This document shows positions 8,011 to 16,648 of a stretch of DNA of 64,000 nt, one piece after another. Positions within the stretch are counted from its first letter, which is position 1. The number at the start of each line of letters is the position of its first letter. A model generated the notes under the pieces. The model made no database searches and was not told the origin of the DNA. It saw only the letters and a program-made list of their open reading frames with translations. Made by a program: the position numbers and the translations under genes. The stretch covers positions 320,999-384,998 of the forward strand of contig CAVXRK010000011.1 of the NCBI GenBank assembly GCA_963764025.1, read 5' to 3'. This DNA is from an uncultured Acidobacteriota bacterium (lineage in GTDB: Bacteria; Acidobacteriota; Thermoanaerobaculia; UBA5066; Gp7-AA6).

Positions 8011-10415
8011 CCGCGAAGGGAGACCGCCTCGAGGCCCTCCGCGCCTACGGCGTTCTCGACACCGGCCCCGAGGGGGCGTTCGACGACCTGGCCGACCTCG
8101 CGTCCCGGATCTGCCAGGCCCCGATGGCGCTGATCAGCCTCGTCGACCGGGACCGCCAGTGGTTCAAGGCCAGGGTCGGTCTCGACATTTCCGAAACCCC
8201 CCGCGAGATCGCCTTCTGCGCCCACGCGATCCTGGGTTCCGAACTGATGGTCGTCCCGGACGCCCGCGCCGACGCGCGGTTCGCCGACAACCCGCTCGTG
8301 ACCGGCGACCCCGGGATCCGGTTCTACGCCGGCGCGCCCCTCATGACCGACAAGGGCCAGGCCCTCGGAACGCTCTGCGTGCTCGACCGGGTTCCCCGCG
8401 CCCTCACCCACGACCAGACCGCGGCCCTCGCCACCCTCTCGCGCGAGGTGGTCGCCCGGCTCGACCTGCGTAGGGCCAACGCCGAGCTCGAACGGGTCGT
8501 CGCGGGAGAGCGCGCCGCATCCGAGGCGCTGCGGTCGAGCGAGGAATTCAAGACGCGGATGATCGAGTGCAGCCGCGACTGCATCAAGGTCCTCGACCTC
8601 GAAGGCCGGCTGCTCTCGATGAACGCCGGCGGAATGGAGGCCCTCGAGATCTGCGACATCGGCCAGTACCTGGGCGCGTCGTGGATCGACTTCTGGAAGG
8701 GCCCGGACCGCGACTCGGCGCGGGCGGCGGTGGAAGCCGCACGCAACGGCGGCATGGGTCACTTCGTCGGCTACTTCGAGACCGTTCAGACGCGGCAGCC
8801 TCGCTGGTTCGACGTCGTCGTCAACCCGATCCTCGGCTCGGAGGGCCGGCCCGAGAGCCTCCTCGCCGTCTCGCGCGACGTCACCGAGCGCAAGCGCTCG
8901 GAGGACCTTTTCCGGCGGCTGACGGAGGCCACCGCCGCGACGACGGGCGCCGGATTCTTCAAGACGCTCGTGGAGACCCTGGCCACGGCGCTCCGCGTCC
9001 GGTACGCGTTCGTCACGGAGTGCGGTCCGGGCGACCCGACGGCGCGGATGCTCGCGTTCTGGAAAAACGAGTCGATCGCGGAGAACCTCGAGTACGGCCT
9101 GGCCGGCACGCCCTGCGAGGCCGTCATCCGGGGCGAGGTGCGGTTCTACGCGGACCGGCTGGCCGAGCGCTTTCCCGAGGACACGGGCCTCGTCGACTGG
9201 CGGGCCGAGAGCTTCCTCGGCATCCCGATGGTCGGTCACGACGGCGTCGTCATCGGCCATCTCGCGGTTCTCGACGACCGGCCGATGAGCGAGGCGTCGA
9301 TCGAAATCTCAGTCCTGCGGATCTTCGCCGACCGCGCCGCGGCCGAGCTCGAGCGGCTGCGGGCGCAGACCGAGCTCGAGCGCCTCAAGGATCGTCTGCA
9401 GGCCGAGAACGTGTACCTGCAGGAAGAGATCCGCACGCAGCACAACTTCGAGGAGATCATCGGAAACGCGCCTCCCCTGCTCGACGCCCTTTCGAAGGTG
9501 GAGCGTGTCGCGCAGACGGATTCGACCGTGCTGATCGCGGGCGAGACCGGCTCGGGCAAGGAGCTCTTCGCGCGCGCCATCCACAGCCGGAGCGCCCGGC
9601 GCCAGCGGCCCCTCGTCAAGGTCAACTGCGGAGCGATCCCGGCCGGCCTCGTCGAAAGCGAGCTCTTCGGGCACGTCAAGGGCGCTTACACGGGAGCCCT
9701 CGACAGGCGCACCGGCCGGTTCGAGCTCGCCGACGGCGGCACGATCTTCCTCGACGAAATCGGCGAGCTTCCGCCGGAGACGCAGGTCAAGCTGCTGCGC
9801 GTGCTGCAGGAACGGGAGTTCGAGCCCGTGGGTTCGTCGCGCACGATCAAGGTCGACGTGCGGATCATCGCGGCGACCAATCGCGACCTCGAGGAGGAGG
9901 TCCGGCGCGGGCGCTTCCGCGCCGACCTGCTCTACCGGCTGAACGTGTTTCCGATCGCCGTCCCCTCGCTGCGGGAGCGGCGGGGAGACATCCCGCTGCT
10001 CGTCGCCTTCTTCCTGACCGGCCTCGCCAAGCGGCTCGGCAAGCCGCTCGAAGGTTTCACGCGTTCGTCCATGAACGAGCTCTGCGCGTACTCCTGGCCC
10101 GGCAACATCCGGGAACTGCAGAACGTCGTGGAGCGAGCGGCGATCCTCGCGCCCGGGCCGACGCTCGAGGTGGAGCGGGGCCTGCTGCGGGGCGATCCGG
10201 CGGCGGCGACATCGGCGTCCGCATGGACGGCCCCGTCCGGCGGCGGCGCGAAGCTCGTCGAGATCGAGAAGTCCCACATCCGCGAAGTCCTCCGCTCGAC
10301 CCGGGGCGTGATCGAAGGTCCGGCCGGCGCCGCCCGACGCCTCGGCCTTCATCCCAACACGCTTCGGAGCCGCCTCAAGAAGTACGGCATCGAGCCCCGC
10401 CACGAAGCATCGTAG
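8011..10415 (+). CDS. sigma54-dependent transcriptional activator with a GAF-PAS-GAF sensor, AAA+ sigma54-interaction domain and Fis-type HTH
   Basis: GAF: [51 protein letters not shown]: [29 protein letters not shown]+: [22 protein letters not shown]-terminal HTH: [23 protein letters not shown]. No ATG/GTG/TTG upstream in frame. Confidence 0.8.
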
Positions 10416-10552
10416 CGACCACGAAATTTCGTGGCGCAGGGGCCGCGGCGCGAACCCCGCCAAAATGTATAAGCGACTGAATCCAAACGACTTCGGTCTG
10501 CCACTCGGCCGCCGAAAACCTGGCTCCGCCGTTGCTCTTGCAGGGGTCAGCC

Positions 10553-10795
10553 ATGTTGAGAATCAGCAAAGCCAACGAATGCCTGGTGGTCGAGGGACGG
10601 GTGGCCGGACCCTACGTCGACGAGCTCGCACGGGCGCTCGGGGACGCCGCGGGGATGAAGGCCATCGACGTCTCCGGCGTGGGGTACGTCGACGCGGCGG
10701 GCGCCAGGCTCCTGCAGCGGCTGGTGAAGCAGGGAATCGCGATCCGCGGAAGCTCCGCGTTCGTCGCCGAGACCCTGAAAGGAGCGTCGTCGTGA
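10553..10795 (+). CDS. STAS-domain protein (anti-sigma-factor antagonist-like)
   Basis: MLRISKANECLVVEGRVAGPYVDELARALGDAAGMKAIDVSGVGYVDAAGARLLQRLV. Its stop overlaps the GTG of the downstream ECF sigma (GTGA). Confidence 0.65.
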   Translation: MLRISKANECLVVEGRVAGPYVDELARALGDAAGMKAIDVSGVGYVDAAGARLLQRLVKQGIAIRGSSAFVAETLKGASS

Positions 10796-11433
10796 ACGTC
10801 GAGCTCTCACGCCGGATTCCGGATGCCGAGCCCGCGCCCGGGGCCGCGCCGGCCCTCCCCGGAGAGGCCGGGCTCCTCGAGCGGCTGCGCCGCGGCGACG
10901 AGGAGGCCTGCGAGATGCTCGTGCGCGCGCACAGCGGCCGGCTCCTGTCGGTCGCGCGGCGTTACCTGCGGTGCGAGGAAGACGCGCGCGACGCCGTCCA
11001 GGAAGGGTTCGTCGCGGCGTTCCGGGCGATCGGACGCTTCGAGGGCGGCTCGAGCCTCTCGACCTGGCTGCATCGCATCGTCATCAACGCGTGCCTGATG
11101 AAGCTGCGCTCGAGCCGGCGCCGCCCGGAGACATCGATCGAGGAACTGCTCCCGAAGTTCGACGAGTCCGGCCATCGCGTCGCGGAGCCCGAGGAATGGC
11201 GCGAATCCGCCGAGACCGCGCTCGACCGCAGTCAGACGCGGCGACGCGTCCGCGAGGCGATCGCGCAGCTTCCCGAGCACTACCGCTCCGTCCTGTTGCT
11301 CCGCGACATCGAGGAGCTCTCGACCGCCGAGGCCGCGCGCCTTCTCAACCTCACCGAGAACGCGGTCAAGATCCGCCTCCACCGCGCCCGCCAGGCCCTC
11401 CGCACCCTCCTGGGGTCAGCCCTGCAAGTCTGA
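10792..11433 (+). CDS. ECF sigma factor (sigma-70 group IV)
   Basis: GTG start. Region 2: LLERLRRGDEEACEMLVRAHSGRLLSVARRYLRCEEDARDAVQEGFVAAFRAIGRFEGGSSLSTWLHRIVINACL. Region 4: HYRSVLLLRDIEELSTAEAARLLNLTENAVKIRLHRARQAL. The last residues GSALQV and the stop are encoded by a REP element. Confidence 0.85.
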   Translation: MNVELSRRIPDAEPAPGAAPALPGEAGLLERLRRGDEEACEMLVRAHSGRLLSVARRYLRCEEDARDAVQEGFVAAFRAIGRFEGGSSLSTWLHRIVINACLMKLRSSRRRPETSIEELLPKFDESGHRVAEPEEWRESAETALDRSQTRRRVREAIAQLPEHYRSVLLLRDIEELSTAEAARLLNLTENAVKIRLHRARQALRTLLGSALQV

Positions 11434-11460
11434 AACTTGGGGTCAGCCCTGAAAGAATGA
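11412..11460. repeat. REP doublet (two direct copies of GGGGTCAGCCCTG(C/A)AAG...TGA) on the left flank of the RAYT
   Basis: Direct sequence match to the elements at 1388-1409 and, inverted, at 12451-12500. Confidence 0.8.
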
Positions 11461-11512
11461 CACTTCGGGGGCGGCTCGCGACAATCTAAAGACAGGGGCG
11501 GAGGCTGGAGCG

Positions 11513-12496
11513 ATGTCGCGTGCGCCGCGGATCGAAATCGCCGGAGGCGTCTACCACGTGATCGCGCGCGGGAACGAACGGCGCGACATCTTTCGAGACG
11601 ACTCCGACCGGCATCTCTACCTGGCGCGCCTCGCGGAATGCCGTGACCGATACCGATTCGGAGTCCTCGCCTACTGCCTCATGCCGAATCACGTCCACCT
11701 CGCCGTCGAACGAGGCCCGGTTCCCCTTTCAAAGATCATGCTCGCGCTCCACTCCTACTACAGCCAGAAATTCAATTTTCGACATGAGCGTGTCGGGCAC
11801 CTGTTCCAGGGCCGATACAAGGCTTTTCTGGTCGAACTCGACCGATACCTCGCTGCGCTCGTTCGCTACATCCACCTGAACCCGGTCAAGGCCGGCGTCG
11901 CCGATCGACCCGAGAGCTATCCGTGGTCGAGCGACCGGTGGTATCGCGAAGGTGGCGGTCCAAGCTGGCTCGACGTCGACTTCGTCCTCGCGCGTCTTGC
12001 GCCCAGCCGGTCCAGGGCCTGCGCCGCTTACCGGCGGTGGATGGGGTCCGGTGAACCGGACGACTACGACCGCGCGCGCCCGATCGGCCGCGTCGTGAAG
12101 GGCGACGAGAAGTTCGCCAAACGCTCGATGCGCGAGGCCCGCGTCACTCTTCCCAGAAGAAGTGGTTGGACGCCGTCGAGGTTCGCCGCCGCCGCGAGCG
12201 CGTTTCAGGGATTCTCACTCGGCCGGCTGAAGGGACCGTCCCAAGCCCGAGCGGAGTCACGGGCTCGGCTGATCACGGTCTTCGTCGCGAGGCGCGATCA
12301 TTCGATTCCAGCGTCGGCGCTGGCCAGGTGCTTCGACCGCGACGAATCCGCGTTCGCGCACGGCCTCCGAAGGCTCGAACGTGCGATCGCACGAAATCCA
12401 GAGCTCGCAAGGCACGTCGAGCGCGTGGCCGCCGCGCTGGGCCCCGAAGCGTCAGACTTACAGGTCAGGCCCCAGATTTCAGACTTTCAGGGCTGA
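11513..12496 (+). mobile_element. REP-associated tyrosine transposase (RAYT; IS200/IS605 Y1 HUH family) with a C-terminal extension
   Basis: RIEIAGGVYHVIARGNERRDIF...VLAYCLMPNHVHLAVE (HuH motif)...HLFQGRYKAFLV (catalytic Tyr region). Flanked by inverted REP doublets. The ORF reads through into the right REP (…SDFQG*). Confidence 0.8.
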
Positions 12497-12500
12497 CCCC
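12451..12500. repeat. REP doublet in inverted orientation on the right flank of the RAYT
   Basis: TCAGACTTTCAGGGCTGACCCC is the reverse complement of GGGGTCAGCCCTGAAAGTCTGA, preceded by the variant GTCAGACTTACAGGTCAGGCCCC. Confidence 0.8.
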
Positions 12501-13946
12501 AGGTCGAGGAGGGAGTTGAAGGAGCCGTGGGGGTCGGCCTCGCGCAGCGAATGGGAGGGGTCGGGGAGCCAGCGGGCCCCGTCGACGACGAGCTTGTAGC
12601 GGTGGCGGCCGGGCGGCGGGGCGGGGAGAGCCGGCGCGCCACACGCCGTCCGCCTGCCGCGCCATCGGAAGGCGCGACGCGTCCCAGCCGTTGAAGTCGC
12701 CGGCCACGGCGACCGACGTGGCGTCGTCGTCGTGGAAGGTGAAAACGAGGCGGCCGTCCTCGACGCGGGGCGGCCCACCGACTCGGCCGGCGCCGGCGTG
12801 CGCCTCCCGCCGCGCGACCGCCACCGCCGCGGCGGGGTCCACGACGCCATGCCCCTGGCGCAGCGCCGCGATGCCCGGGACCGGGCTCGCGCTCGCGAGC
12901 AGGATCCGGCGGACTTCCGCCGGCGTGAGCGCCGGATTGGCCTCGAGCATCTGCGCGACGACCGACGCGACGACCGGCGCCGCGAACGAGGTCCCGTCCA
13001 CGTGCTGATAGTGCGCAGCCACGATCTTCTCGGCGCGAAGCCGCTCTTCGACCCAGCTCCGCAGTGCCGCCGCCTGACGCGGGAGCTCCGGGATTCCCCC
13101 ACGGACCTCGTCCGCGAGACGCGCCAGGCGGTAATCCGGCGCCGATGCCAGCCGTGTCAGCGTCTGCGCGCGCCGCCAGGCCGGCGTGCCCGGCAGGATC
13201 GGCGCCGCGACCCACATCGCCGGAGCGATCAATTCCGGCTTGACGAGACCGTCGGCCGTCACGCCGAAGCTCGAGCAGTACGCCGCGAGGTGCCGCCGCT
13301 CGGGATCGTTTGCGTCGTCATATCCGCCGACGGCGATGACCGAGGGCGCCGTGGCTGGAGGCAATACGCGGGGCGCGGGTCCGCACCCGGAATTTCCCGC
13401 GGCGGCCACGAGCACCATGCCGCGGGCGACGGCCGCCTCGGCGAGCTGGTTGATCCGGCTCTCCGCGAGCGTCCGGTCCGCGTCGCCGCCGAGCGACATG
13501 CTGACGATCCGTATCGCGTGCCGTTCGTGGTTCGCGAGCACCCACTCGAGTCCGCGCTCGATCGCGTCGTCGGTGATTCGCCCGTCCCGCCCCACCCGCA
13601 CCAGCACGAGCGCCGCCTCGGGCGCGAGCCCGCGGTAGACGCCGTCGGAAAGCAACCCGCTGCCGGCGGCCGCGACGCACGTCTGCGTGCCGTGCCAGCA
13701 GTCCGGGGCCGGTATCTCCGCGTTCTCCAGCATGCCCTGCGGATCGTGGACGTCGTGATACGCCCGGATCCGCTCGCCCGGCTCGGTGATGTCGGGATGG
13801 GGATGGAAGCCTGAGTCCAGGAAGGCGACCGTCACCCCGCGGCCGCGGAGCGTCCCGTCGTCGCCGAAGCGCTCCGGGGTCGAGACCACGGCGAACCGAT
13901 TGGGCGCGTGGCCGTGGCCCGCGTGCAGCTCTCCCCCGTCGCTCAT
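12479..13946 (-). CDS. cytoplasmic S8 subtilisin-like serine peptidase with a C-terminal CBM48/E-set (glycogen-binding-like) domain; one frameshift near 12650
   Basis: Catalytic triad in context: VAFLDSGF (Asp), HGTQTC (His), GTSFAAPVVAS (Ser). No signal peptide. C-terminus reads RLVFTFHDDDATSVAVAGDFNGWDASRLPMARQADGVWR, then continues in the adjacent frame as ALPAPPPGRHRYKLVVDGARWLPDP (shift in a GG run). The stop is supplied by a REP. Confidence 0.75.
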
Positions 13947-14006
13947 CCACGGATGAGATGCCGCCGGGGGCCGCCGGTTACGCGTCGGCGGTGAAAATCG
14001 CCGCGC

Positions 14007-14858
14007 TCAGCGAGAGGCTGGCAGGACGACGCCCTGGAAGAGTCCCTCGGCCACCCAGTCGCGCAGCCACCGGAAGAGCTGGTCGCCCGCGGAGCCCTGG
14101 AGCCCACGCGCCGCCGTTGCGACGGCCTTGCCGAACGGCCGGCCCTTGACCAGTGCAGCGAGGAAGTCGTGGGCCGGCTTCGAGAGGTCGAGGCGCCAGA
14201 CTTCGTAGTTCTTCCGATAGACGGCGATCCAGGTGGGGCGCCGTCCGGTCGGCGGATGATCGTGATCGTCGTCCTTGACCGACTGCAGGTAGGCGTTGAC
14301 GGGATACGCGAACGCCGCGACCCGCAGGGCCGCCGACGGACGGAGCACGACCCCGGGCCAGGCCGCCTCCGGGACGCGCGCGATCTCTTCGGCCGGCCAG
14401 GCGGGCGACTCGGGCGCGTCGAAGACCTCGGTGACGAGGCTTTCGAGGCGGGCGAGGTCGGCGACGAAGGCCTTCCGGCGGATGCCCTGCGAGCCCCGGA
14501 TGAATTCGGGAAGGCGGTCGCCCAGGCGGTTCAGGGTGTAGCTCCGGGAGGGGTGCGCCGCGACATAGCGCGTCACGAGGTCCGCGAAGTCCTCGGCTCC
14601 GAGCAGGTGCGCCACGGCCGGAAAGTCGTTCTCGAGCGCCTCGACCATGCGGAGCAGATACATGCCCTGGTAGACGCCGACCCGTTCGACCGGCGTCAGC
14701 GTCTTCGACGGCCGGATCACCCGCGCGATCTCGTCCGGCTCGAGCTCGGCGCGCGCAGCGGGCGATGTCACGGCCTCCTCGGCCGTGCCCGGCTGCTCGA
14801 TGACCGCCTGCATCCAGCGCTGGAGGCGCGGGAGCGGCAGCTCAAGAGGCCGCGGCAA
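14007..14858 (-). CDS. DUF2063-family protein (BufC/MbnC-like partner of a DUF692 MNIO enzyme)
   Basis: 283 aa, immediately downstream of and overlapping the DUF692 gene. Paralogous to the 18072..18932 gene (shared LPFL...LARLE, YVAAHP/YLGVFP regions). Confidence 0.7.
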   Translation of the reverse strand: MPRPLELPLPRLQRWMQAVIEQPGTAEEAVTSPAARAELEPDEIARVIRPSKTLTPVERVGVYQGMYLLRMVEALENDFPAVAHLLGAEDFADLVTRYVAAHPSRSYTLNRLGDRLPEFIRGSQGIRRKAFVADLARLESLVTEVFDAPESPAWPAEEIARVPEAAWPGVVLRPSAALRVAAFAYPVNAYLQSVKDDDHDHPPTGRRPTWIAVYRKNYEVWRLDLSKPAHDFLAALVKGRPFGKAVATAARGLQGSAGDQLFRWLRDWVAEGLFQGVVLPASR

Positions 14859-15771
14859 TCGCCTTCTCCTCGTTCCGGAACCGCCGCGCCTTGAGGGCCT
14901 CCGCGTGGACCTCCTCGAACGACGGGATCTCGCCGTCCCACTCGAAGAGCGTCGCGACGTTGCCCGTCCGCGCGACCGCGTGGCGATAGAGCTCCCAGAC
15001 CTCGGGAATCGCCCGGTCGCTGTGCGTGTCGAGGATGTGCGTGCCCTTGTTCGTGTGGCCGGCGAGGTGGTACTGCGCCACGCGCGACGGATCGATCGCG
15101 TCGAGGTAGAGCTTCGGGTCGAATCCGTGGTTGAACGCGCTGACGTAGACGTTGTTGACGTCGAGGAGCATGCCGCAGTCGGCCTTCTCCATGAGCCGGC
15201 CGAAAAACTCCCACTCCGGCATGCTCGAGGCGGAAAACTCCGCGTAGGTCGACGCGTTCTCGAGGATCAGGGGCCGCTCCAGAACGTCGGAGACGATTCT
15301 CACGCGCTCGGCGACGTGGGAAAGCGCCTCCTCGGTGAGCGGCATCGGGAGCAGGTCGTGCGTGTTTCGTCCGGAAACGCCGGTCCAGCACAGGTGGTCC
15401 GACACCCAGAGGGCGCGGGTGCGGGCGGCGAGGGCTTTCAGTTTCGCGAGGTATCCGTGGTCGAGCGGATCGGTCGAGCCGATCGACATCGACACGCCGT
15501 GGAGCACGACCGGATAGCGCTCGGCCACCTGGTCGAGGACCCAGGCGGGCCGGCCGCCGGTGTCGAGGTAGTTCTCGGAGAGGACCTCGAAGAAGTCGAT
15601 CTCGGGCTTCTTCTCGAGGATGTGGGGATAGTGGACCGTGCGGAGACCGATGCCGACGCCGAGGTCGGGAAAGTTCCAGCGGTTTCGGGTGAGCGGCTTC
15701 ACGTGAGACTCGATCTTACGATTGGAAAGTGAACCGGGGGGCGCGGCCTCGGCCGCGACCCCCCGCTTCAC
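14842..15771 (-). CDS. DUF692 multinuclear non-heme iron oxidative enzyme (MNIO; MbnB/BufB-like)
   Basis: LGVGIGLRTVHYPHILE...VLHGVSMSIGSTDPLDHGYLAKLKAL...[11 protein letters not shown]...LILENASTYAEF...GMLLDVNNVYVSAFNHGFDP...YHLAGH..LDTHSDRAIPEVWELY...TLFEWDGEIPSFEE. An alternative GTG start lies about 15705. Confidence 0.85.
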   Translation of the reverse strand: MKRGVAAEAAPPGSLSNRKIESHVKPLTRNRWNFPDLGVGIGLRTVHYPHILEKKPEIDFFEVLSENYLDTGGRPAWVLDQVAERYPVVLHGVSMSIGSTDPLDHGYLAKLKALAARTRALWVSDHLCWTGVSGRNTHDLLPMPLTEEALSHVAERVRIVSDVLERPLILENASTYAEFSASSMPEWEFFGRLMEKADCGMLLDVNNVYVSAFNHGFDPKLYLDAIDPSRVAQYHLAGHTNKGTHILDTHSDRAIPEVWELYRHAVARTGNVATLFEWDGEIPSFEEVHAEALKARRFRNEEKAIAAAS

Positions 15772-15781
15772 GACGGTGAAG

Positions 15782-16204
15782 TCAGGCCGCCTTCTTCGGA
15801 GCCACCGGGACCGCGCAGCCGCCCTTGCCCTTGCAGGAGTTCTTGCCGGCGCAGCCGTTCTCGCCGCTCTTGCAGCCGCCCTGGCCCTTGCAGGAGTTCA
15901 TGCCCTTGCAGGAGTGCTTCATGTCGGCCGAAGCGCAGCCGCCCTTGCCCTTGCAGGAGTTCTTGCCGGAACAGCCGTTGTCGCCGGCCTTGCAGCCGCC
16001 CTTCCCCTTGCACGAGTTCATGCCCTTGCAGACGTGCTTGTCGGAGGTCGCGGCCGCCTTGTCCTTGGCGCCCTTCGCCCGCCTGCCGCTCTTGCCGCCG
16101 GACTTCGCTTCGTTCTTCGGCAGAGCCGAGAGCAGCTGGGAGCCCGCGAGAACGCCGGCCACCGCGAGACCGATCGCCTTCACCTTCAGATCGCCCTTCT
16201 TCAT
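15782..16204 (-). CDS. Sec-signal Cys-rich RiPP precursor, bufferin BufA2-like (BUF_6/12Cys type); 12 Cys in two tandem 33-aa repeats
   Basis: AAGGAG SD 7 nt before the ATG. MKKGDLKVKAIGLAVAGVLAGSQLLSALP signal peptide. Core: HVCKGMNSCKGKGGCKAGDNGCSGKNSCKGKGGCA, then a second copy HSCKGMNSCKGQGGCKSGENGCAGKNSCKGKGGCA. Lies directly upstream of the MNIO and DUF2063 genes. Confidence 0.8.
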   Translation of the reverse strand: MKKGDLKVKAIGLAVAGVLAGSQLLSALPKNEAKSGGKSGRRAKGAKDKAAATSDKHVCKGMNSCKGKGGCKAGDNGCSGKNSCKGKGGCASADMKHSCKGMNSCKGQGGCKSGENGCAGKNSCKGKGGCAVPVAPKKAA

Positions 16205-16277
16205 CCCTGTCTCCTTTCGTCTCCCCGTCTCGGGGTCGCGAATCACCGCTGCAGCCGACATGGCTGCCGCGACTTAC

Positions 16278-16303
16278 CCACGTTGCCGGGTCAAGCCGTT
16301 CGA
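16278..16303 (-). promoter_or_regulatory. candidate ECF-type promoter (GAACGG-N15-CGTGGG) upstream of the precursor operon; speculative
   Basis: Minus-strand sequence tcGAACggcttgacccggcaaCGTgggtaag lies about 75 nt upstream of the precursor ATG. A sigma54-like GG-N10-GC (TGGGTAAGTCGCGGCA) overlaps it. Confidence 0.2.
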
Positions 16304-16539
16304 GCCCCTCGAGCGACTTGAGCCGCGAATTCTATCCCCCCCGCCCGGTGTACCGCGCCACCCTTCGCCTTCCGGAAGCCGCCACCCGCCACGGTGAACG
16401 AGACCCGCGTCCCGCGCCGGTCTCCCGCGGAGTACGCGGAAACCGCCAGGGCTGGATCTCGATCCGAGGAGCGGGCGAGCAGATCGAAGAGGTTGCGCGT
16501 CCGGGCGTCCCCCGGCTCGGCAAAGATGTGGATGGTCAT
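16291..16539 (-). CDS. small hypothetical protein (82 aa), doubtful
   Basis: High-GC3 ORF MTIHIFAEPGDARTRNLFDLLARSSDRDPALAV... immediately upstream of the precursor gene. No recognisable family. It overlaps the putative promoter region. Confidence 0.2.
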   Translation of the reverse strand: MTIHIFAEPGDARTRNLFDLLARSSDRDPALAVSAYSAGDRRGTRVSFTVAGGGFRKAKGGAVHRAGGIEFAAQVARGARTA

Positions 16540-16648
16540 GGGGCTTGGATGCCCCGGCCGTCCCGAGGTTTCGGCGCTCCCCCCGCGCCTCCGGGACGAT
16601 CCTGAAGGATGGGTTAAGAATTTCCCGAGGAGCCCGGGCCGGGCCGCC

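Noticed and set aside
16265-16281. sigma54-like GG-N10-GC (TGGGTAAGTCGCGGCA) upstream of the 12-Cys precursor
   Set aside because: The -24 element deviates (GGGTA versus GGCAC) and the -12 element lacks TTGC. It overlaps an equally weak ECF-like candidate. Not reported as a feature beyond the low-confidence ECF call.
15722-16397. Plus-strand ORFs 15722..16321 and 15825..16397 (Pro/Leu/Ala-rich)
   Set aside because: Antisense of the Cys-rich precursor gene. The repeats mirror the precursor's internal duplication.
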